Source: Synechococcus sp. A15-24 (GTDB taxonomy: Bacteria > Cyanobacteriota > Cyanobacteriia > PCC-6307 > Cyanobiaceae). Taken from it: a stretch of DNA of 32,000 nt. The stretch covers positions 1,590,001 through 1,622,000 of the forward strand of contig NZ_CP047960.1 in assembly GCF_014280195.1 (NCBI RefSeq). Direction: 5' to 3'. The notes beneath the pieces are model-generated. The model did not search any database, was not told the origin of the DNA, and was given only the letters and a program-made list of their open reading frames with translations. The position numbers were made by a program, and so were the translations under genes. This document shows, in pieces, positions 16,456 to 26,562 of the stretch. The stretch's first letter is position 1. Every line of letters starts with the position of its first letter.

Positions 16456-17433
16456 TCACTCCCCGATCTTATTCACCGCAGATTTCGACTTCGCCAGAAT
16501 GTCACCCCGCAGAGGTACAAAACCAAGCCGTGGGGCCACATTTTGTGCTTCATCACTCAACATGAAGTTGAACACTTCTTTAATGGTGGCTGCATCAGGA
16601 CCATTGCCCCGCTCATAGGCCAACACCCAGGTGAGTGTCGAGATTGGATAAGCACCAGATGCTGTTGGATTCGGATTCTCCCCAGCCAGATTCTGATCGA
16701 GGGTGATCTGGTTCAAGGCAATGGCACCTGCCTCAACGCTTGGCTTGACGAACTCACCAGCCAAATTCTGCAACGCAGCTGCTTTGACCGAACCACGGAT
16801 GTACGACTGATTGAGATAACCAATCGCCCCCTCCCGCTTCTTGATCACAGCTGCAACGCCAGCATTACCCTTGGCACCAACACCACTGGGCCAGTTCACC
16901 GCTTTACCGGTTCCCAACGTCCAGGACGATGAAAAGGCTGCCATCGAACTGGTGAAGGCCTTGGTGGTTCCAGAGCCATCGGATCGATGAACCCAGCTGA
17001 TCGGTCCGGCGGCACAACCCAACTCCGACCAATCCTTGATTGCAGACATGGCCACCTTCACCGCCTGCTCTTGGGTGAGTTGCAAATCACAGCCGGGTTT
17101 ATTAAATCCGAAGGCAATGGTGCCTCCGATCATCGGAATCTGAACAACTCCACGCTTCACCTTGCGGCGATCACGGCTGATCATCGGGTCATCCGATGCA
17201 CCGAAATTAACCGTTTGATCTAGATAAGCCTTGCGACCAGAACCGGAACCGATGGCCTGGTAATTAACCATCGGACCATCGTTTCCGGCCAGCATGCCGA
17301 ACCAACGCTGATAGATCTGCGCAGGGAACGTTGCTCCTGCTCCGGTGATCCGCCCAGACGCCAAAGCAGAACCGCTCAGGCTGAGCAGCAGAACCGCGCC
17401 TGACACGACTGAGGGTCTGATCAGGTTGTTCAT
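16456..17433 (-). CDS. pstS: Phosphate ABC transporter substrate-binding protein
   Basis: A signal peptide followed by ITGAGATFPAQIYQRWF...YQAIGSGSGRKAY...FGASDDPM. These are canonical PstS motifs. Confidence 0.9.
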   Translation of the reverse strand: MNNLIRPSVVSGAVLLLSLSGSALASGRITGAGATFPAQIYQRWFGMLAGNDGPMVNYQAIGSGSGRKAYLDQTVNFGASDDPMISRDRRKVKRGVVQIPMIGGTIAFGFNKPGCDLQLTQEQAVKVAMSAIKDWSELGCAAGPISWVHRSDGSGTTKAFTSSMAAFSSSWTLGTGKAVNWPSGVGAKGNAGVAAVIKKREGAIGYLNQSYIRGSVKAAALQNLAGEFVKPSVEAGAIALNQITLDQNLAGENPNPTASGAYPISTLTWVLAYERGNGPDAATIKEVFNFMLSDEAQNVAPRLGFVPLRGDILAKSKSAVNKIGE

Positions 17434-17504
17434 GCTTGGTTCAATACCTTCGCTTAATCGTAAAGCGATCCAACCGACTTGTCCTCCCCTTCAACAAACC
17501 TGAA

Positions 17505-18002
17505 TCAGCGGTAGTTCTCAAACTGCAGCGGCACATCCAATTCGTCTTCCTTGCTCTTGACCAACTGAATCGCTGCCTGCAGATCGTCCTTGCTTTTGCC
17601 CGTGATCCGCACACTCTCGCCCTGAATCGCCACGGTGACTTTTTTCAATTCGTCGCGCACGATCTTGCTGAGCTTCTTGGCGATCTCCTGGCTGAGGCCC
17701 TTACGCAGTTTCACCACCTGCTTCACCCGATTGCCACCGACACTCTCAGGGGTTTGAAAATCGAAGATCTTCAGCGACAGATTGCGCTTTGTGGCCTTGG
17801 TCCGCAGCACATCTTCCACCGCCTGCAAGGTCATGTCACTGGCCGTGGTGATCACCAGTTCGGTTTCCTCCAGCTCAATCTCCGTGTTGGAGTCCTTGAG
17901 GTCGTAGCGGTTGCCGACATCACGTCGCACCTGATCAAGGGTGTTGACCAGCTCCTGACGGTCGAAGTCGGAGACCACATCAAAGGACGATGTGCTTGCC
18001 AT
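17505..18002 (-). CDS. yajQ: YajQ-family nucleotide-binding protein (UPF0234)
   Basis: SSFDVVSDFDRQELVNTLDQVRRDVGNRYDLK... and the C-terminal LQFENYR. Size is typical (165 aa). Confidence 0.85.
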   Translation of the reverse strand: MASTSSFDVVSDFDRQELVNTLDQVRRDVGNRYDLKDSNTEIELEETELVITTASDMTLQAVEDVLRTKATKRNLSLKIFDFQTPESVGGNRVKQVVKLRKGLSQEIAKKLSKIVRDELKKVTVAIQGESVRITGKSKDDLQAAIQLVKSKEDELDVPLQFENYR

Positions 18003-18059
18003 GACTCGCGTTCGTTCCAGCCCCCAGCTTAGAAAGGCCCCGATTCACGGATCATATCG

Positions 18060-18512
18060 ATGTCTCTGCTGCAGCTGTTCACCGCCACGGATGCCGCTCC
18101 CTATGCCTGGTCCCTGGTCCTGGCCGGCGGAACTGTTGTCGCCAGCATCATCCCCCTCGGGGCCGCCCGTTCGGCTGCGAATTTCGAGATGAAAGACATG
18201 GCCGCCCCCCGGGCCATGTTCGAGCGATTTCCAGCCTGGGGCAAACGGGCCAGCTGGGCCCATCAGAACAGCTTCGAAGCCTTCACCCTTCATGCACCGG
18301 CAGCGGTACTGGCCTTAATCGCCGCGCTGCACACCGGCCCGCTGCCCAGGCTGGCGGTCACCGCCGCCTTCCTGCATCCAGCCCTAAGGCTGGCGTACAT
18401 CGCGGCCTACGTCGGCAACGTGCCCCCCGTGCGGGGGCTTTGCTGGGCCACGGGACTGCTCTGCAGCGGCATTCTTTACAGCGAAGGGCTTAAAGCATTG
18501 CTCAATGGTTGA
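18060..18512 (+). CDS. MAPEG-family membrane protein
   Basis: 150 aa with four hydrophobic segments. WAHQNSFEAFTLHAP matches the MAPEG H-x-N-x-x-E motif. Confidence 0.6.
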   Translation: MSLLQLFTATDAAPYAWSLVLAGGTVVASIIPLGAARSAANFEMKDMAAPRAMFERFPAWGKRASWAHQNSFEAFTLHAPAAVLALIAALHTGPLPRLAVTAAFLHPALRLAYIAAYVGNVPPVRGLCWATGLLCSGILYSEGLKALLNG

Positions 18513-18537
18513 TCCCGAACGGATGATTCAGAACCGA

Positions 18538-19071
18538 TTAATCGAAATACAGAAGACTCACCACTTTTCCCATATCTTCCGCAGTTCTGGCGCTCGCCAA
18601 CAGGGTTTCACTGTCATGAAAGGCCAGGCAGATCAGTTGGTCGCAGCGGTTGATGATCTCCTGGTTGCAGAGGCTGCTGGCCATCGGTAAGGGCAAATCG
18701 TCCTGTTCAGGCTTCTCAACCAGATGCAGCACTCGGTCGAGCAGGTCGCGGATTTCCGTGGGCTGCCTATCCAGGCTCTGGGGCAGCAGCACTGTGAGTT
18801 GAGAGGCATCCACATCCAAACAACCACGAATCACAGCAGCATTGACACCCTGGGAACCGGATGTGATCAGCGAGTGACCCTCTTGCACCAACGAGCGGGC
18901 CACCAGTTCAACCAGGTGAATAGCAACGACGGGAACATGCCGGCTGCCAAGAATGGCGATTCGTCGTTTGCCCTTGTCCTGCAACAGCGCAAGTTCCTGC
19001 GCAAGGGTGTCGACCCGATCGAGAGCTGGAAGATCCAGTGACTGACCCAAGGACAACTCGCCGGCCTTCAT
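18538..19071 (-). CDS. DprA/Smf-like (SLOG superfamily) Rossmann-fold protein
   Basis: RIAILGSRHVP...LITSGSQGVNAAVIRG resembles the DprA/LOG nucleotide-binding core. 177 aa. Confidence 0.5.
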   Translation of the reverse strand: MKAGELSLGQSLDLPALDRVDTLAQELALLQDKGKRRIAILGSRHVPVVAIHLVELVARSLVQEGHSLITSGSQGVNAAVIRGCLDVDASQLTVLLPQSLDRQPTEIRDLLDRVLHLVEKPEQDDLPLPMASSLCNQEIINRCDQLICLAFHDSETLLASARTAEDMGKVVSLLYFD

Positions 19072-19087
19072 TGGAAGCTAGCAACCA

Positions 19088-20185
19088 TCAGGCGTCGTGA
19101 ACCGGCAGGTTCAGAGCTGAAAACAGGCGGTCCAATCGACAGTGCTCTTCCACCAGACGGAAGGCATAGGTGGCCTTCACGGCTTCATGCAACCGCACAT
19201 GGCCGAAAGCCTGTTCAATCACCTCGACCGTGGCCAGCGTGTCGTGGTCAACCTTGAGCAGAGGAACATCCAGCTCCTCCGCACGGCTGATCAATTGCGG
19301 CAGCGGTTCACCGGCACCGGTGAGGATCAGACACTGGGTGGAAGCCTCCAACGCCGCGAACTGGATGTCGGTGCGGTCCGCTCCGGTGACCACAGCCATA
19401 TTGCGGCGACGGCGGAAAAACTCCATGGCGGAGTTCACATTCATCGCTCCGATGCTGAGGGTCTCCACCAGCAACTCCTGGCGTTCCTCGCAGCAGATCA
19501 CACGGGCACTAAGGCGCCGCACCAATTCACCCACCGTGACGCTGCGCAGCAACGGTGAACGCGGCATCACACCAAACACCGGTAAACCCAGGTTTTCAAG
19601 AGCTGGAACCACCTGCCGCTCGAGACTCTCCACCTCACCAGGGGTAACCGCATTCAGCACAACCCCCACCAGGCGATTACCCAGGGTCTGCTTGGCCGCC
19701 AGCAGCGCATCAACACTGCAGCTGTCCTGCCAGAGATGCACCAGCAGAACACCGGCATCCAGGCCCTCCGCCATCTGAGGCAGGCTCAAGCCATAGAGCA
19801 GTCCCTCCTGAAGGCTGCCGGCGCATTCCAGCAGGGTCAGTCCGTCATCGTCTGCAATCTGCTGGCGCATGGCGTCGAATCCATCGCCAGCCTGCAGATC
19901 CCCCTGGCCAAGGCGCTGGGTTGCGGTGGTGGGAGACAACAGGTGCAGCGACGGGATCAGCCGGTCGGCCGCGAGTCCCAGGGTTTCACTGACAAAGCGG
20001 ACGTCGTCGTCGATCAGGGGCTGAGGCAGGGGACCTTTGTTGGGATCCCAATCCAGGCTTGTGGCCAGCGGTTTGCCGAAGCGGACCTTTTGCCCCTCCT
20101 GTGTGAGCTTCTGAGCAATCCCGAGAACCAGAGCGGACTTACCGCTGAAGGGCTCACAGGATCCGATCAGCAGCGTCGTTCCCAT
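19088..20185 (-). CDS. BioD/CobQ-like P-loop plus DRTGG-domain protein (phosphotransacetylase N-terminal-like)
   Basis: N-terminal LLIGSCEPFSGKSALVLGIAQKL (P-loop variant) and VVTGADRTDIQFAALEA (DRTGG-type motif). Confidence 0.6.
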   Translation of the reverse strand: MGTTLLIGSCEPFSGKSALVLGIAQKLTQEGQKVRFGKPLATSLDWDPNKGPLPQPLIDDDVRFVSETLGLAADRLIPSLHLLSPTTATQRLGQGDLQAGDGFDAMRQQIADDDGLTLLECAGSLQEGLLYGLSLPQMAEGLDAGVLLVHLWQDSCSVDALLAAKQTLGNRLVGVVLNAVTPGEVESLERQVVPALENLGLPVFGVMPRSPLLRSVTVGELVRRLSARVICCEERQELLVETLSIGAMNVNSAMEFFRRRRNMAVVTGADRTDIQFAALEASTQCLILTGAGEPLPQLISRAEELDVPLLKVDHDTLATVEVIEQAFGHVRLHEAVKATYAFRLVEEHCRLDRLFSALNLPVHDA

Positions 20186-20211
20186 GAACCGCGGGTCTTT
20201 AACCAGTGAAT

Positions 20212-20634
20212 CTAAGTGTCACCACCCTCCAGGTCTGTACCAATGAGCAACCAAGTCCAGAACGCATCAGGAAGGTCCCGATTCCCTGCCTCCCCAATGG
20301 AGCACTCCATCAACCACAGCACCAACTGATGGGTGACCAGCTCGAAGCGGTAGGGCTGGACGGTGGTCTCCGGTAGAACCAGTTGGCAGGTTGCGATCTC
20401 CAGTGGGGCATGGCCGCCCTCCCAACTGAGTTGAAACGCATGCCCGTCCATACCCTCCCGTGGACGGATCCCCCGAAACTCGCCCGCCAGCAGTGTCTGC
20501 AAGGCGGAACGAAGATACCGCTCTCGCGTCAGGCCGCCGCAGTAGGGCGCGAACAGGGCCAGCAGGGCAACATCAGACACAGACGCGGACACCGGCGAGC
20601 GGTTGCCCACAAGGATGGCCCAAGCTGATTCCAT
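20212..20634 (-). CDS. Hypothetical protein
   Basis: ORF with host-like bias, upstream of and co-oriented with 19088..20185. Start is ATG 20634 (MESAWAIL...) or TTG 20655. Confidence 0.45.
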   Translation of the reverse strand: MESAWAILVGNRSPVSASVSDVALLALFAPYCGGLTRERYLRSALQTLLAGEFRGIRPREGMDGHAFQLSWEGGHAPLEIATCQLVLPETTVQPYRFELVTHQLVLWLMECSIGEAGNRDLPDAFWTWLLIGTDLEGGDT

Positions 20635-21364
20635 GGAACAGTCCTCAACAAGCAATCACCGCTGGAGGGGGAGCCGTGTCGGCATCACCGGAGCCCGCGG
20701 GGCTCTCGGGCAAGCGTTGGCCAGCCGTTTTCGACAGGCCTGTGCCGTGGTGACCGGGTTCACCCATGGGGATCCACCCAGCGGAACCGACGGGCCAGTG
20801 GATCACTGGGTCTCGTGGAGCTGCGGCCAGGAGGAGGCTCTGATGCCCCACCTCGAAAACCTGGACGTGCTGGTGCTGAACCACGGCATCAATCCTCAGG
20901 GTGATCAACGCCCAGGGACGATGAGCAAGGCACTGGAGGTGAATGCCTTGAGCAGCTGGCGAATGCTGCAGTGCTGCGAGCGTCTCTGCCACGAACATGC
21001 GACGCATGCGCTTGAGGTGTGGATCAACACCTCCGAAGCCGAAATTCAACCGGCCGTGAGCCCGGCCTATGAGCTGAGCAAACGATTGCTCGGACAACTG
21101 GTGAGCATGCGTGGGGCCACTCGCTCTGCTGAGGAGCGCTCACAGCTGGTGCTGCGCAAACTGGTGTTAGGCCCGTTCCGCTCAGACCTCAACCCCATCG
21201 GCGTGATGACTGCCGACTTCGTGGCAGGGCAGGTGCTTTGGCAAGCGCGCATGGGAGCCCGCTTGATCATCGTCACGCCGAATCCAATGACTTATTTGCT
21301 AATGCCGCTAACGGAAATTGGGCGACGGCTCTACAGCCGTGCCCTCAGTCGCCCCGATCGGTGA
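20633..21364 (+). CDS. Short-chain dehydrogenase/reductase-like NAD(P)-binding protein
   Basis: [15 protein letters not shown] is a Gly-rich Rossmann motif, and YELSK resembles the SDR YxxxK motif. Possible starts are ATG 20633, ATG 20615 and TTG 20603, all in frame. Confidence 0.6.
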   Translation: MEQSSTSNHRWRGSRVGITGARGALGQALASRFRQACAVVTGFTHGDPPSGTDGPVDHWVSWSCGQEEALMPHLENLDVLVLNHGINPQGDQRPGTMSKALEVNALSSWRMLQCCERLCHEHATHALEVWINTSEAEIQPAVSPAYELSKRLLGQLVSMRGATRSAEERSQLVLRKLVLGPFRSDLNPIGVMTADFVAGQVLWQARMGARLIIVTPNPMTYLLMPLTEIGRRLYSRALSRPDR

Positions 21365-22187
21365 GGATTTCGCAGCCGTCAGTGGTGACAAGAACGGTGT
21401 GTTCCCACTGAGCCGAGAGTGATCCATCACGGGTCACCACCGTCCACCGATCCTTCAGGGTGCGGCAGGCTTTGCTGCCGGCATTAAGGATCGGCTCGAT
21501 CGCCAGCGTCATGCCTGGACGCAGCGTGACATTCGGCAGTTCATCGGTGCGGAAGTTGAACACCGAAGGCTCCTCATGCAGATTTCTGCCGACGCCATGG
21601 CCGGTGTAGTCCTCAACGACGCTGAATCCATTGGCCTTGACGTGGTCCTCAACGGCACCGGCGATGTCCAGAAGCGTGTTGCCAGCTTTGACCTGGTTCA
21701 ATCCAGCCATCAGCGATTCCTGAGCCACACGGCTAAGGGTCTGCGCCTCAGCCGACGAGTCGCCCACACAAACGGTGATGCAGCTATCGCCGTGGTATCC
21801 CTCGAAGTAGGCGCCGGTATCCACCTTCAGGAGGTCTCCCTTGTGAATCACTCTCTTGGCATTGGGAATGCCATGCACCACTTCGTTGTTGATGCTGGCG
21901 CAGATGCTTGCGGGAAAGCCGTGGTAACCCTTGAAACTCGGGGTAGCGCCCATCTCTCGGATCCGCTTTTCGGCAAAGGCATCAAGGTCGCCGGTTGTCT
22001 GTCCCGGCTCAACCATGGCCATCACTTCACGCAGCACTGTGGAGACGATGCGGCTGGCCTCGCGCATAATTTTGATCTCGCGGGCCGATTTGATTTCCAC
22101 CCCCCGACGCTTCTGAATCCGGGGTCCAGTGGCTGTTGCGCTCGGAGCCTGAGTGGTCGCCAGTAAGTCTGCGAATAAATTCATCAA
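21345..22187 (-). CDS. map: Type I methionine aminopeptidase
   Basis: [17 protein letters not shown]..., GYHGFP, VHGIP, DTGA...GYHGDS, HGVG and EPIL are metal-ligand contexts typical of MetAP1. Confidence 0.9.
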   Translation of the reverse strand: MMNLFADLLATTQAPSATATGPRIQKRRGVEIKSAREIKIMREASRIVSTVLREVMAMVEPGQTTGDLDAFAEKRIREMGATPSFKGYHGFPASICASINNEVVHGIPNAKRVIHKGDLLKVDTGAYFEGYHGDSCITVCVGDSSAEAQTLSRVAQESLMAGLNQVKAGNTLLDIAGAVEDHVKANGFSVVEDYTGHGVGRNLHEEPSVFNFRTDELPNVTLRPGMTLAIEPILNAGSKACRTLKDRWTVVTRDGSLSAQWEHTVLVTTDGCEILTDRGD

Positions 22188-22238
22188 TCACCTTCTATAT
22201 GCGTCACGCTATCAACTGCAACTGCTTCGAGGTTGGCC

Positions 22239-22523
22239 ATGAGCCTGCTTGTGCGGGTGCGCGAACTGCATCGGGCCGTTGCCCCGTTGGTGTTGCTGCC
22301 GCTGTTCGTCACCGTTTGCTCAGGGGTTGGCTACCGACTTGCCCGCGACTGGTTGGGCTTTGAGCGTGACCAGGTGCATTGGCTGATGACCCTGCACGAA
22401 GGGGAGTGGCTTGGCTCCACCCTGGAACCGGTGGTGGTGCTGCTGAACGCCCTGGGGCTGCTCTGGATGCTGATCAGTGGTGCCGGATTACTGATTGAAC
22501 GCTGGCGTCGGAAGGTACACTGA
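22239..22523 (+). CDS. Small membrane protein (PepSY-TM-like helix pair)
   Basis: [25 protein letters not shown] plus a second [23 protein letters not shown] 22239; the ORF track's TTG 22233 is an alternative. Confidence 0.5.
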   Translation: MSLLVRVRELHRAVAPLVLLPLFVTVCSGVGYRLARDWLGFERDQVHWLMTLHEGEWLGSTLEPVVVLLNALGLLWMLISGAGLLIERWRRKVH

Positions 22524-22551
22524 TTGTTTGGCGATTCAACGCGGAGCTGGG

Positions 22552-23022
22552 ATGGCAGCCGATCCGAAGGACACGACGGTGACGGAAGAAAACACCGAAA
22601 CCGCAGCGGAAGCTGTGGCTGAGGTGGAGACCGTGGCAAGTGCTCCGACAAGCCCAGCACAGAAGCTCAGCGCCGAAGCCTTGATCAAGGCCTTCGAAAC
22701 CGAACAGATGAAGAGCGATCTGCCTGAGATCTACGTCGGCGACACCGTTCGAGTTGGCGTCCGCATCAGTGAGGGGAACAAAGAACGAGTTCAGCCCTAC
22801 GAAGGGGTGGTGATCTCCAAGCGCCACGGCGGGATGAACCAGACGATCACCGTACGCCGCATTTTTCAGGGCATCGGCGTGGAGCGGGTATTCATGCTCC
22901 ACAGCCCTCAAGTGGCCAACATCAAGGTTGAACGGCGCGGTAAAGTACGTCGGGCGAAGCTTTTCTATCTGCGGGAACGGGTGGGCAAGGCCACCCGCGT
23001 GAAGCAGCGCTTCGATCGCTGA
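22552..23022 (+). CDS. rplS: 50S ribosomal protein L19 with an acidic N-terminal extension
   Basis: [35 protein letters not shown]...[37 protein letters not shown] chose ATG 22552 (MAADPKD...) over the longer ORF start, which overlaps the previous gene. Confidence 0.9.
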   Translation: MAADPKDTTVTEENTETAAEAVAEVETVASAPTSPAQKLSAEALIKAFETEQMKSDLPEIYVGDTVRVGVRISEGNKERVQPYEGVVISKRHGGMNQTITVRRIFQGIGVERVFMLHSPQVANIKVERRGKVRRAKLFYLRERVGKATRVKQRFDR

Positions 23023-23047
23023 GGTTTCGGCCTCGTTCAATCAAGTC

Positions 23048-23068
23048 GCTGACATCCTTGATGTCGGC
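23048..23068 (+). other. 9-bp stem / 3-nt loop hairpin between rplS and trnW
   Basis: gctgacatc-ctt-gatgtcggc pairs perfectly apart from one G-T. There is no T-tract, so it may be a processing or stability element rather than a terminator. Confidence 0.3.
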
Positions 23069-23084
23069 AGGGGTTCATCGCCTT

Positions 23085-23157
23085 GCGCCGTTAGTTCAGT
23101 TGGTAGAACGCAGGTCTCCAAAACCTGATGTCGGGGGTTCGAGTCCTCCACGGCGCG
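23085..23157 (+). tRNA. trnW: tRNA-Trp (anticodon CCA)
   Basis: Manual cloverleaf. Acceptor GCGCCGT/ACGGCGC, D stem GTTC/GAAC, anticodon stem CAGGT/ACCTG with loop CTCCAAA, T arm GGGGG-TTCGAGT-CCTCC, discriminator G. CCA is not encoded. Confidence 0.9.
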
Positions 23158-23195
23158 TCCGATGAATCCCGTTGTGTAGTTTCCCGGTTCTGAGC

Positions 23196-23384
23196 ATGGA
23201 GTTGGATCTTCAACCTGGTGATGTCGTGAAGGTGCTCGAGTCAGCCGCCCTCGGCTGGGTTCGTGCCCGCGTGATTCGCGTCAAATCAGGTGGACGCGTG
23301 GTCGTGCAGAGCGATCAAGGTCGGGAGTTCACCGCCCGAGGCAATCAAGTCCGGCTGATTGAGCCTGCGGGCTTCCGTCCCTGA
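23196..23384 (+). CDS. Small hypothetical protein (62 aa, possibly SH3/Tudor-like)
   Basis: MELDLQPGDVVKVLESAALGWVRARVIRVKSGGRVVVQSD.... Good GC3 bias, and followed by an intrinsic terminator. Confidence 0.5.
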   Translation: MELDLQPGDVVKVLESAALGWVRARVIRVKSGGRVVVQSDQGREFTARGNQVRLIEPAGFRP

Positions 23385-23405
23385 TCGCTGAGCGGCTTCA
23401 TCCGC

Positions 23406-23441
23406 AAACCCCCGATGACTTCGTCCTTGGGGGTTTTGTTG
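23406..23441 (+). terminator. Rho-independent terminator
   Basis: aaaccccc (23406-23413) pairs with gggggttt (23429-23436) and is followed by a T-rich tail, ttttgttgt. Confidence 0.5.
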
Positions 23442-23489
23442 TGCCCAGACTGCAACAATGCTGATCAGCACAGCAATTGAACGGAATTG

Positions 23490-23519
23490 TTGACGGAGGG
23501 CAGGGCGAGGGTCAATACT
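23490..23519 (+). promoter_or_regulatory. Candidate sigma70-type promoter for trnD-gltX
   Basis: TTGACG at 23490-23495, then 17-18 nt, then caatact (a weak -10), about 70 nt upstream of tRNA-Asp. Pattern match only. Confidence 0.25.
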
Positions 23520-23586
23520 GATTTGGTCGCGCAGGCGACACAGATCAGATTCCACAAGGCGAGTCCTTCGTGTCTGAGTCAGGTCT

Positions 23587-23660
23587 GGGACCGTAGTTCA
23601 ACCGGTTAGAGCACCGCCCTGTCACGGCGGAAGTTGCGGGTTCGAATCCCGTCGGTCCCG
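23587..23660 (+). tRNA. trnD: tRNA-Asp (anticodon GTC)
   Basis: Manual cloverleaf. Acceptor GGGACCG/CGGTCCC, anticodon stem CCGCC/GGCGG with loop CTGTCAC, T arm GCGGG-TTCGAAT-CCCGT, discriminator G. Confidence 0.9.
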
Positions 23661-23681
23661 TTCTCACCACCCGAAACCGCA

Positions 23682-25115
23682 ATGGTGCGCGTTCGTCTGG
23701 CCCCCAGCCCCACGGGCACGCTTCACATCGGTACAGCACGTACAGCTGTGTTCAACTGGTTGTATGCACGGCGCCAGCAGGGGTCGTTCCTGCTGAGAAT
23801 CGAAGATACCGATAAAGAACGATCCAAGCCTGAATACACCCAGAACATCCTTGAGGGTCTGCGCTGGCTTGGAATCGACTGGGATGAAGAGCCGTTGATC
23901 CAGAGCGAACAGGTGCAGCAGCACCGTGCCGCGATCGAAACGCTCTTGAAGAAGGGTCTGGCCTATCGCTGCTATGCCAACGAGGCCGAACTGGACTCCA
24001 TGCGCGAGGCCCAGAAGGCCAGCAACCAGGCACCCCGCTACGACAACCGCCACCGCAATCTCACCCCGGAACAGGAAGCGGCCTTCCAGGCGGAAGGACG
24101 GGACGCTGTGATCCGTTTCCGCATCGATGACAACGCTGAGATCCGCTGGAACGACATGGTGCGTGGCGCCATGTCCTGGCGTGGTGCGGACCTCGGTGGT
24201 GACATGGTCGTGGCCCGCAGGGCTCCTGCCGATCAGATCGGAGATCCCCTCTACAACCTCGTGGTGGTGGTGGATGACGCCGCCATGGCCATCAGCCACG
24301 TGATTCGCGGCGAAGACCACATCGCCAACACCGCCAAGCAATTGCTGCTCTACGAGGCCCTCGACCTACCGGCACCGACCTTCGCCCACGCACCCCTGAT
24401 CCTGAATGCGGAAGGCCGCAAGCTCTCCAAACGGGATGGAGTGACCTCAATCAATGAGTTCCGCACTATGGGGTACACCGCAGAAGCAATCGCCAACTAC
24501 ATGACCCTGCTGGGCTGGTCGGTGCCCGAAGGAATGGAGGAGCGCTTCACCCTGCCTGAAGCAGCAGCGGTGTTCAGCTTCGATCGAGTGAACAAAGCCG
24601 GTGCGCGCTTTGATTGGGACAAACTCAACTGGCTCAACGGACAAGTGCTGCACGCCCTGCCTGCGCAGCAGCTCCTGGATGACCTTCGTCCGCTCTGGGC
24701 AGAGCAAGGCTGGACGCTGCCGGATAACAGCGACTGGGGGCTGGAGCTTTGCGAGTTGCTGGGACCATCCCTAACGCTGCTCAAAGACGGGGTGGAGCAG
24801 GCGACGCCGTTCTTCAAATGTCCTGATCTTGAGGACGATGGTCTGCGCCAGCTGGAAGCTGACGGGGCTCGGACCGCTGTGGCTCAACTGCTGCAGATCC
24901 TCGAGGCCGAGCCCTGGGATGGCAAGGACACCGATCGCGCCAAACAGCTTCTGGCGGATGCCGCCAAGGGAGCAGGCGTCAAGAAAGGCGTGGTGATGAA
25001 ATCTCTTCGCGCAGCCCTGCTCGGACGACTGCAGGGTCCTGATCTGATCACCACCTGGTGTCTACTGGCCGGGATCGGGGAGGACCTCCCCAGGTTGCAG
25101 CGATGCCTCGCCTGA
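23682..25115 (+). CDS. gltX: Glutamate--tRNA ligase
   Basis: [31 protein letters not shown]...LLRIEDTD (HIGH region) and KLSKRDG (KMSKS region). The ORF-track start at 23634 lies inside tRNA-Asp, so I chose ATG 23682. Confidence 0.9.
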   Translation: MVRVRLAPSPTGTLHIGTARTAVFNWLYARRQQGSFLLRIEDTDKERSKPEYTQNILEGLRWLGIDWDEEPLIQSEQVQQHRAAIETLLKKGLAYRCYANEAELDSMREAQKASNQAPRYDNRHRNLTPEQEAAFQAEGRDAVIRFRIDDNAEIRWNDMVRGAMSWRGADLGGDMVVARRAPADQIGDPLYNLVVVVDDAAMAISHVIRGEDHIANTAKQLLLYEALDLPAPTFAHAPLILNAEGRKLSKRDGVTSINEFRTMGYTAEAIANYMTLLGWSVPEGMEERFTLPEAAAVFSFDRVNKAGARFDWDKLNWLNGQVLHALPAQQLLDDLRPLWAEQGWTLPDNSDWGLELCELLGPSLTLLKDGVEQATPFFKCPDLEDDGLRQLEADGARTAVAQLLQILEAEPWDGKDTDRAKQLLADAAKGAGVKKGVVMKSLRAALLGRLQGPDLITTWCLLAGIGEDLPRLQRCLA

Positions 25116-26327
25116 CGACGTCGTCTCGTCACCGGAATCTTCGATCAGTCCCAGGGCGCGGGCCAGCGGTTGAGCCGTGAGGCCCTGGAGGCCAACGGTC
25201 ATCAGGATGGTCAGGAAGACCAGGCCCTGCAGGCGACCAGCACCGAGGATTCCAGCCTGCTCCAGCCTGATGGCAAACAAGGACGCCACCGACGCAGTGA
25301 CGATCCCCCGTGGTGCCAGCCAGCCGAGAAAAAGCTTCTGGGGGAGATTGAGCGGTAGGCCCACCGTCGCCACACCCACCGCAATGGGGCGGACCACAAG
25401 CATCAGCACGAGAACGCAGCTGATTCCACCCCAACCCAATGGGCTGAGTTCTGCCCAGGACACGTCGGCGGCAAGCAGCGGGAACAGCATCGTGATTGCC
25501 AGTTGCGCCAATTCCTGGATCAGACCATCAAGATCAGCGGTGTGCGCTGTCTGGCGACGACCGACCACGATCCCCGCCGCCACAGACGCCGGCAGAGCCG
25601 ATTCCGGCAACAGCCACTCGCTGATGCCGTACATCAGAAACAACATTCCCAGCGTGAGCTGCAGTGGCAGGCCGGAGGACTGATCGGGCTTCAGCCGCTG
25701 CAGCAGTTCCGACAGCAACCACCCCACACTGGCGCCGATCAGGACCCCCCCACCGAGGCGTTCCAGCAGACCCAGCACCAGTTCGCGCCAGCCGTGCAGG
25801 TTGCCAAGGACCAACTCCAGCAGCAGCAGCGCCAGCACTGCACCAATCGGCTCGAGCACCAGGCCCTCCGCTTCGAGCACATCCCCCAACGGAGCAGCCA
25901 GGCGGATCTGACGCACCAGGGGTGTCACCACCGTGGGGCCGGTGGCGAGAACGATGGCGCTGAACACCGCAGCAACAGACCAGCTCAGACCGGCCAGCCA
26001 GTGGGCCGCCAGCAGCCCTGCACCGAGGGAAATCAGCAACCGCAGCACAGCAATCCGCTTCACGGTCGCCCGGATCGTGTCCCCCGGCAGTCGCAGGTTG
26101 AGGCCGCCATCAAACAGCACCAGGCTCACCAGGAGGCCAACCACCGTGCCAAGACCCGGGCCCAGATCCAATGGCTCCACCAGACCGAGGCCGGACCGAC
26201 CGATCAACATCCCGGAGAGCAGCAGCAACACAACCCCCGGCAGTCCTGAGACCGCCGCCAGCAACCGTGCACCGGCCCCGGCGAACACCGTGACGCCCCA
26301 AAGGAGACCCAGACGCTCAGGCGTCAT
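25062..26327 (-). CDS. Cation:proton antiporter (CPA1, Na+/H+ exchanger family)
   Basis: 421-aa polytopic protein. [17 protein letters not shown]..., LFDGGLNL and ATGPTVV are typical Na_H_exchanger motifs. The 3' end overlaps gltX by 54 nt. Confidence 0.8.
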   Translation of the reverse strand: MTPERLGLLWGVTVFAGAGARLLAAVSGLPGVVLLLLSGMLIGRSGLGLVEPLDLGPGLGTVVGLLVSLVLFDGGLNLRLPGDTIRATVKRIAVLRLLISLGAGLLAAHWLAGLSWSVAAVFSAIVLATGPTVVTPLVRQIRLAAPLGDVLEAEGLVLEPIGAVLALLLLELVLGNLHGWRELVLGLLERLGGGVLIGASVGWLLSELLQRLKPDQSSGLPLQLTLGMLFLMYGISEWLLPESALPASVAAGIVVGRRQTAHTADLDGLIQELAQLAITMLFPLLAADVSWAELSPLGWGGISCVLVLMLVVRPIAVGVATVGLPLNLPQKLFLGWLAPRGIVTASVASLFAIRLEQAGILGAGRLQGLVFLTILMTVGLQGLTAQPLARALGLIEDSGDETTSSGEASLQPGEVLPDPGQ

Positions 26328-26562
26328 CGACGGATGAGAACTGAGGTTCCACGCGAAGGCCGATCACCGCTTCCGGCCGCACCACCAGATACTCGCCGTC
26401 CAAATCACTGAACGGCACGTTGACGAAGCCGCCTTGCCCTTCGGCGTTCACCACGCCCTGATACCACTCCTGAAACAGCTCCAGCTTGGGGAAGAACACC
26501 CGCTCGGTCTGACCTCCCACCAGATGGAGATGCACGGCATAACGTCGTGGGGTTCGGGACAT
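26317..26562 (-). CDS. Small hypothetical protein (81 aa)
   Basis: ORF with host-like bias. Its start overlaps the DUF1643 stop (TGATG, 26560-26564). Its 3' end overlaps the antiporter start by 11 nt. Confidence 0.5.
   Translation of the reverse strand: MSRTPRRYAVHLHLVGGQTERVFFPKLELFQEWYQGVVNAEGQGGFVNVPFSDLDGEYLVVRPEAVIGLRVEPQFSSVDDA

Noticed and set aside
17434-17504. Possible Pho box (PyTTAAPyPy repeats) upstream of pstS
   Set aside because: Only one decent half-site (cttaatcg) is present, and neighbouring TTAA-like words are spaced about 6-7 and 13 nt apart rather than 11. The spacer to yajQ is only 71 nt. A 6-bp hairpin (tcgctt...aagcga) is present but lacks a U-tract. This is not enough for a call.
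23634-23681. ORF-track start of gltX inside tRNA-Asp
   Set aside because: It would make the CDS overlap a tRNA. The canonical GluRS N-terminus ([12 protein letters not shown]) starts at ATG 23682.
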